From contig NC_043015.1 in NCBI RefSeq assembly GCF_006345805.1, positions 47,182,001 through 47,246,000 on the forward strand: a DNA stretch of 64,000 bases, in the 5' to 3' direction. The notes under the pieces are model-generated. The model saw only the letters and a list, made by a program, of their open reading frames with translations. It ran no database searches and was not told the origin of the DNA. Shown here piece after piece: positions 63,513 through 64,000 of the stretch; the stretch's first letter is position 1, and every line of letters begins with the position of its first letter. The translations under genes and the position numbers were made by a program. The stretch is from Octopus sinensis. Taxonomy: Eukaryota.

Positions 63513-64000
63513 CACTGGATGACTGTTAAAATATTGAAACAGAAAAACAAATAAATACATGATAATAGTAATCCTTTCTGCTAAAGGCAGAAGGCCTGAA
63601 ATTTTGGTGGGAGGGGACTAGTCGATTACATGGACCCCAGTGTCAAGACTGTCCGACCCTTGCCAGCGTGGAACATAGCTGTTAAATGATGATGGTGTAG
63701 ATTATGTCGAAATGAGTGTCACTGTCATATAAGCAGTGTTACTCACTTCCAATATTCTGTAATAATGTATCGCTTGAAATCAGGTGAGGGTTAGCGTCTG
63801 GATGAGCATCCAGCCATAGAAACTCTGCCCCAGTAAACACCAAAAAGTGGGGGAAAATGTGTGGGTGGGAAAGGTCGAATAATTCATACATCTCGTGCAA
63901 ACAGTATGAGGAAACAAAATCAAGATGCGTGAATTATCCGATAACCCACCCACTTTTTTTTTCTTCTTTATCTCAAATTCCGATTTAATTGTAATCTACA

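Overview
Eukaryotic (metazoan) genomic DNA, AT-rich and dense in microsatellites and retroposons. The repeat families and a cephalopod-type C2H2-ZNF remnant point to an Octopus genome (inference). Three spliced genes were reconstructed by hand with GT-AG introns and consistent phases. TP53I3/PIG3 quinone oxidoreductase: + strand, 7 coding exons, 4042-23872, 355 aa. EFHC2 ciliary microtubule inner protein: + strand, 11 coding exons, 33185-56791, 763 aa. CMC4 twin-CX9C protein: - strand, 2 coding exons, 61608-63512, 67 aa. Introns and intergenic DNA hold CR1 and RTE LINE fragments (one young CR1 RT ORF), three tRNA-derived SINE families, mariner fragments, piggyBac-like and other MITEs, and Helitron/Helentron-type elements. 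Most short ORFs in the supplied track are microsatellite or SINE artefacts. The most notable signal is a set of minimal type I hammerhead ribozyme motifs (CUGANGA / GAAA / NUH with palindromic stem III). Two of them lie in related, roughly 355-nt, non-coding retrozyme-like units in EFHC2 introns 4 and 5. One unit is a 1.5-mer with an inverted arm and a target-site duplication. The other is a circularly permuted single monomer whose helices differ while the catalytic core is kept. No rRNA, CRISPR or prokaryotic features were seen. All alignments and folds were done by eye.
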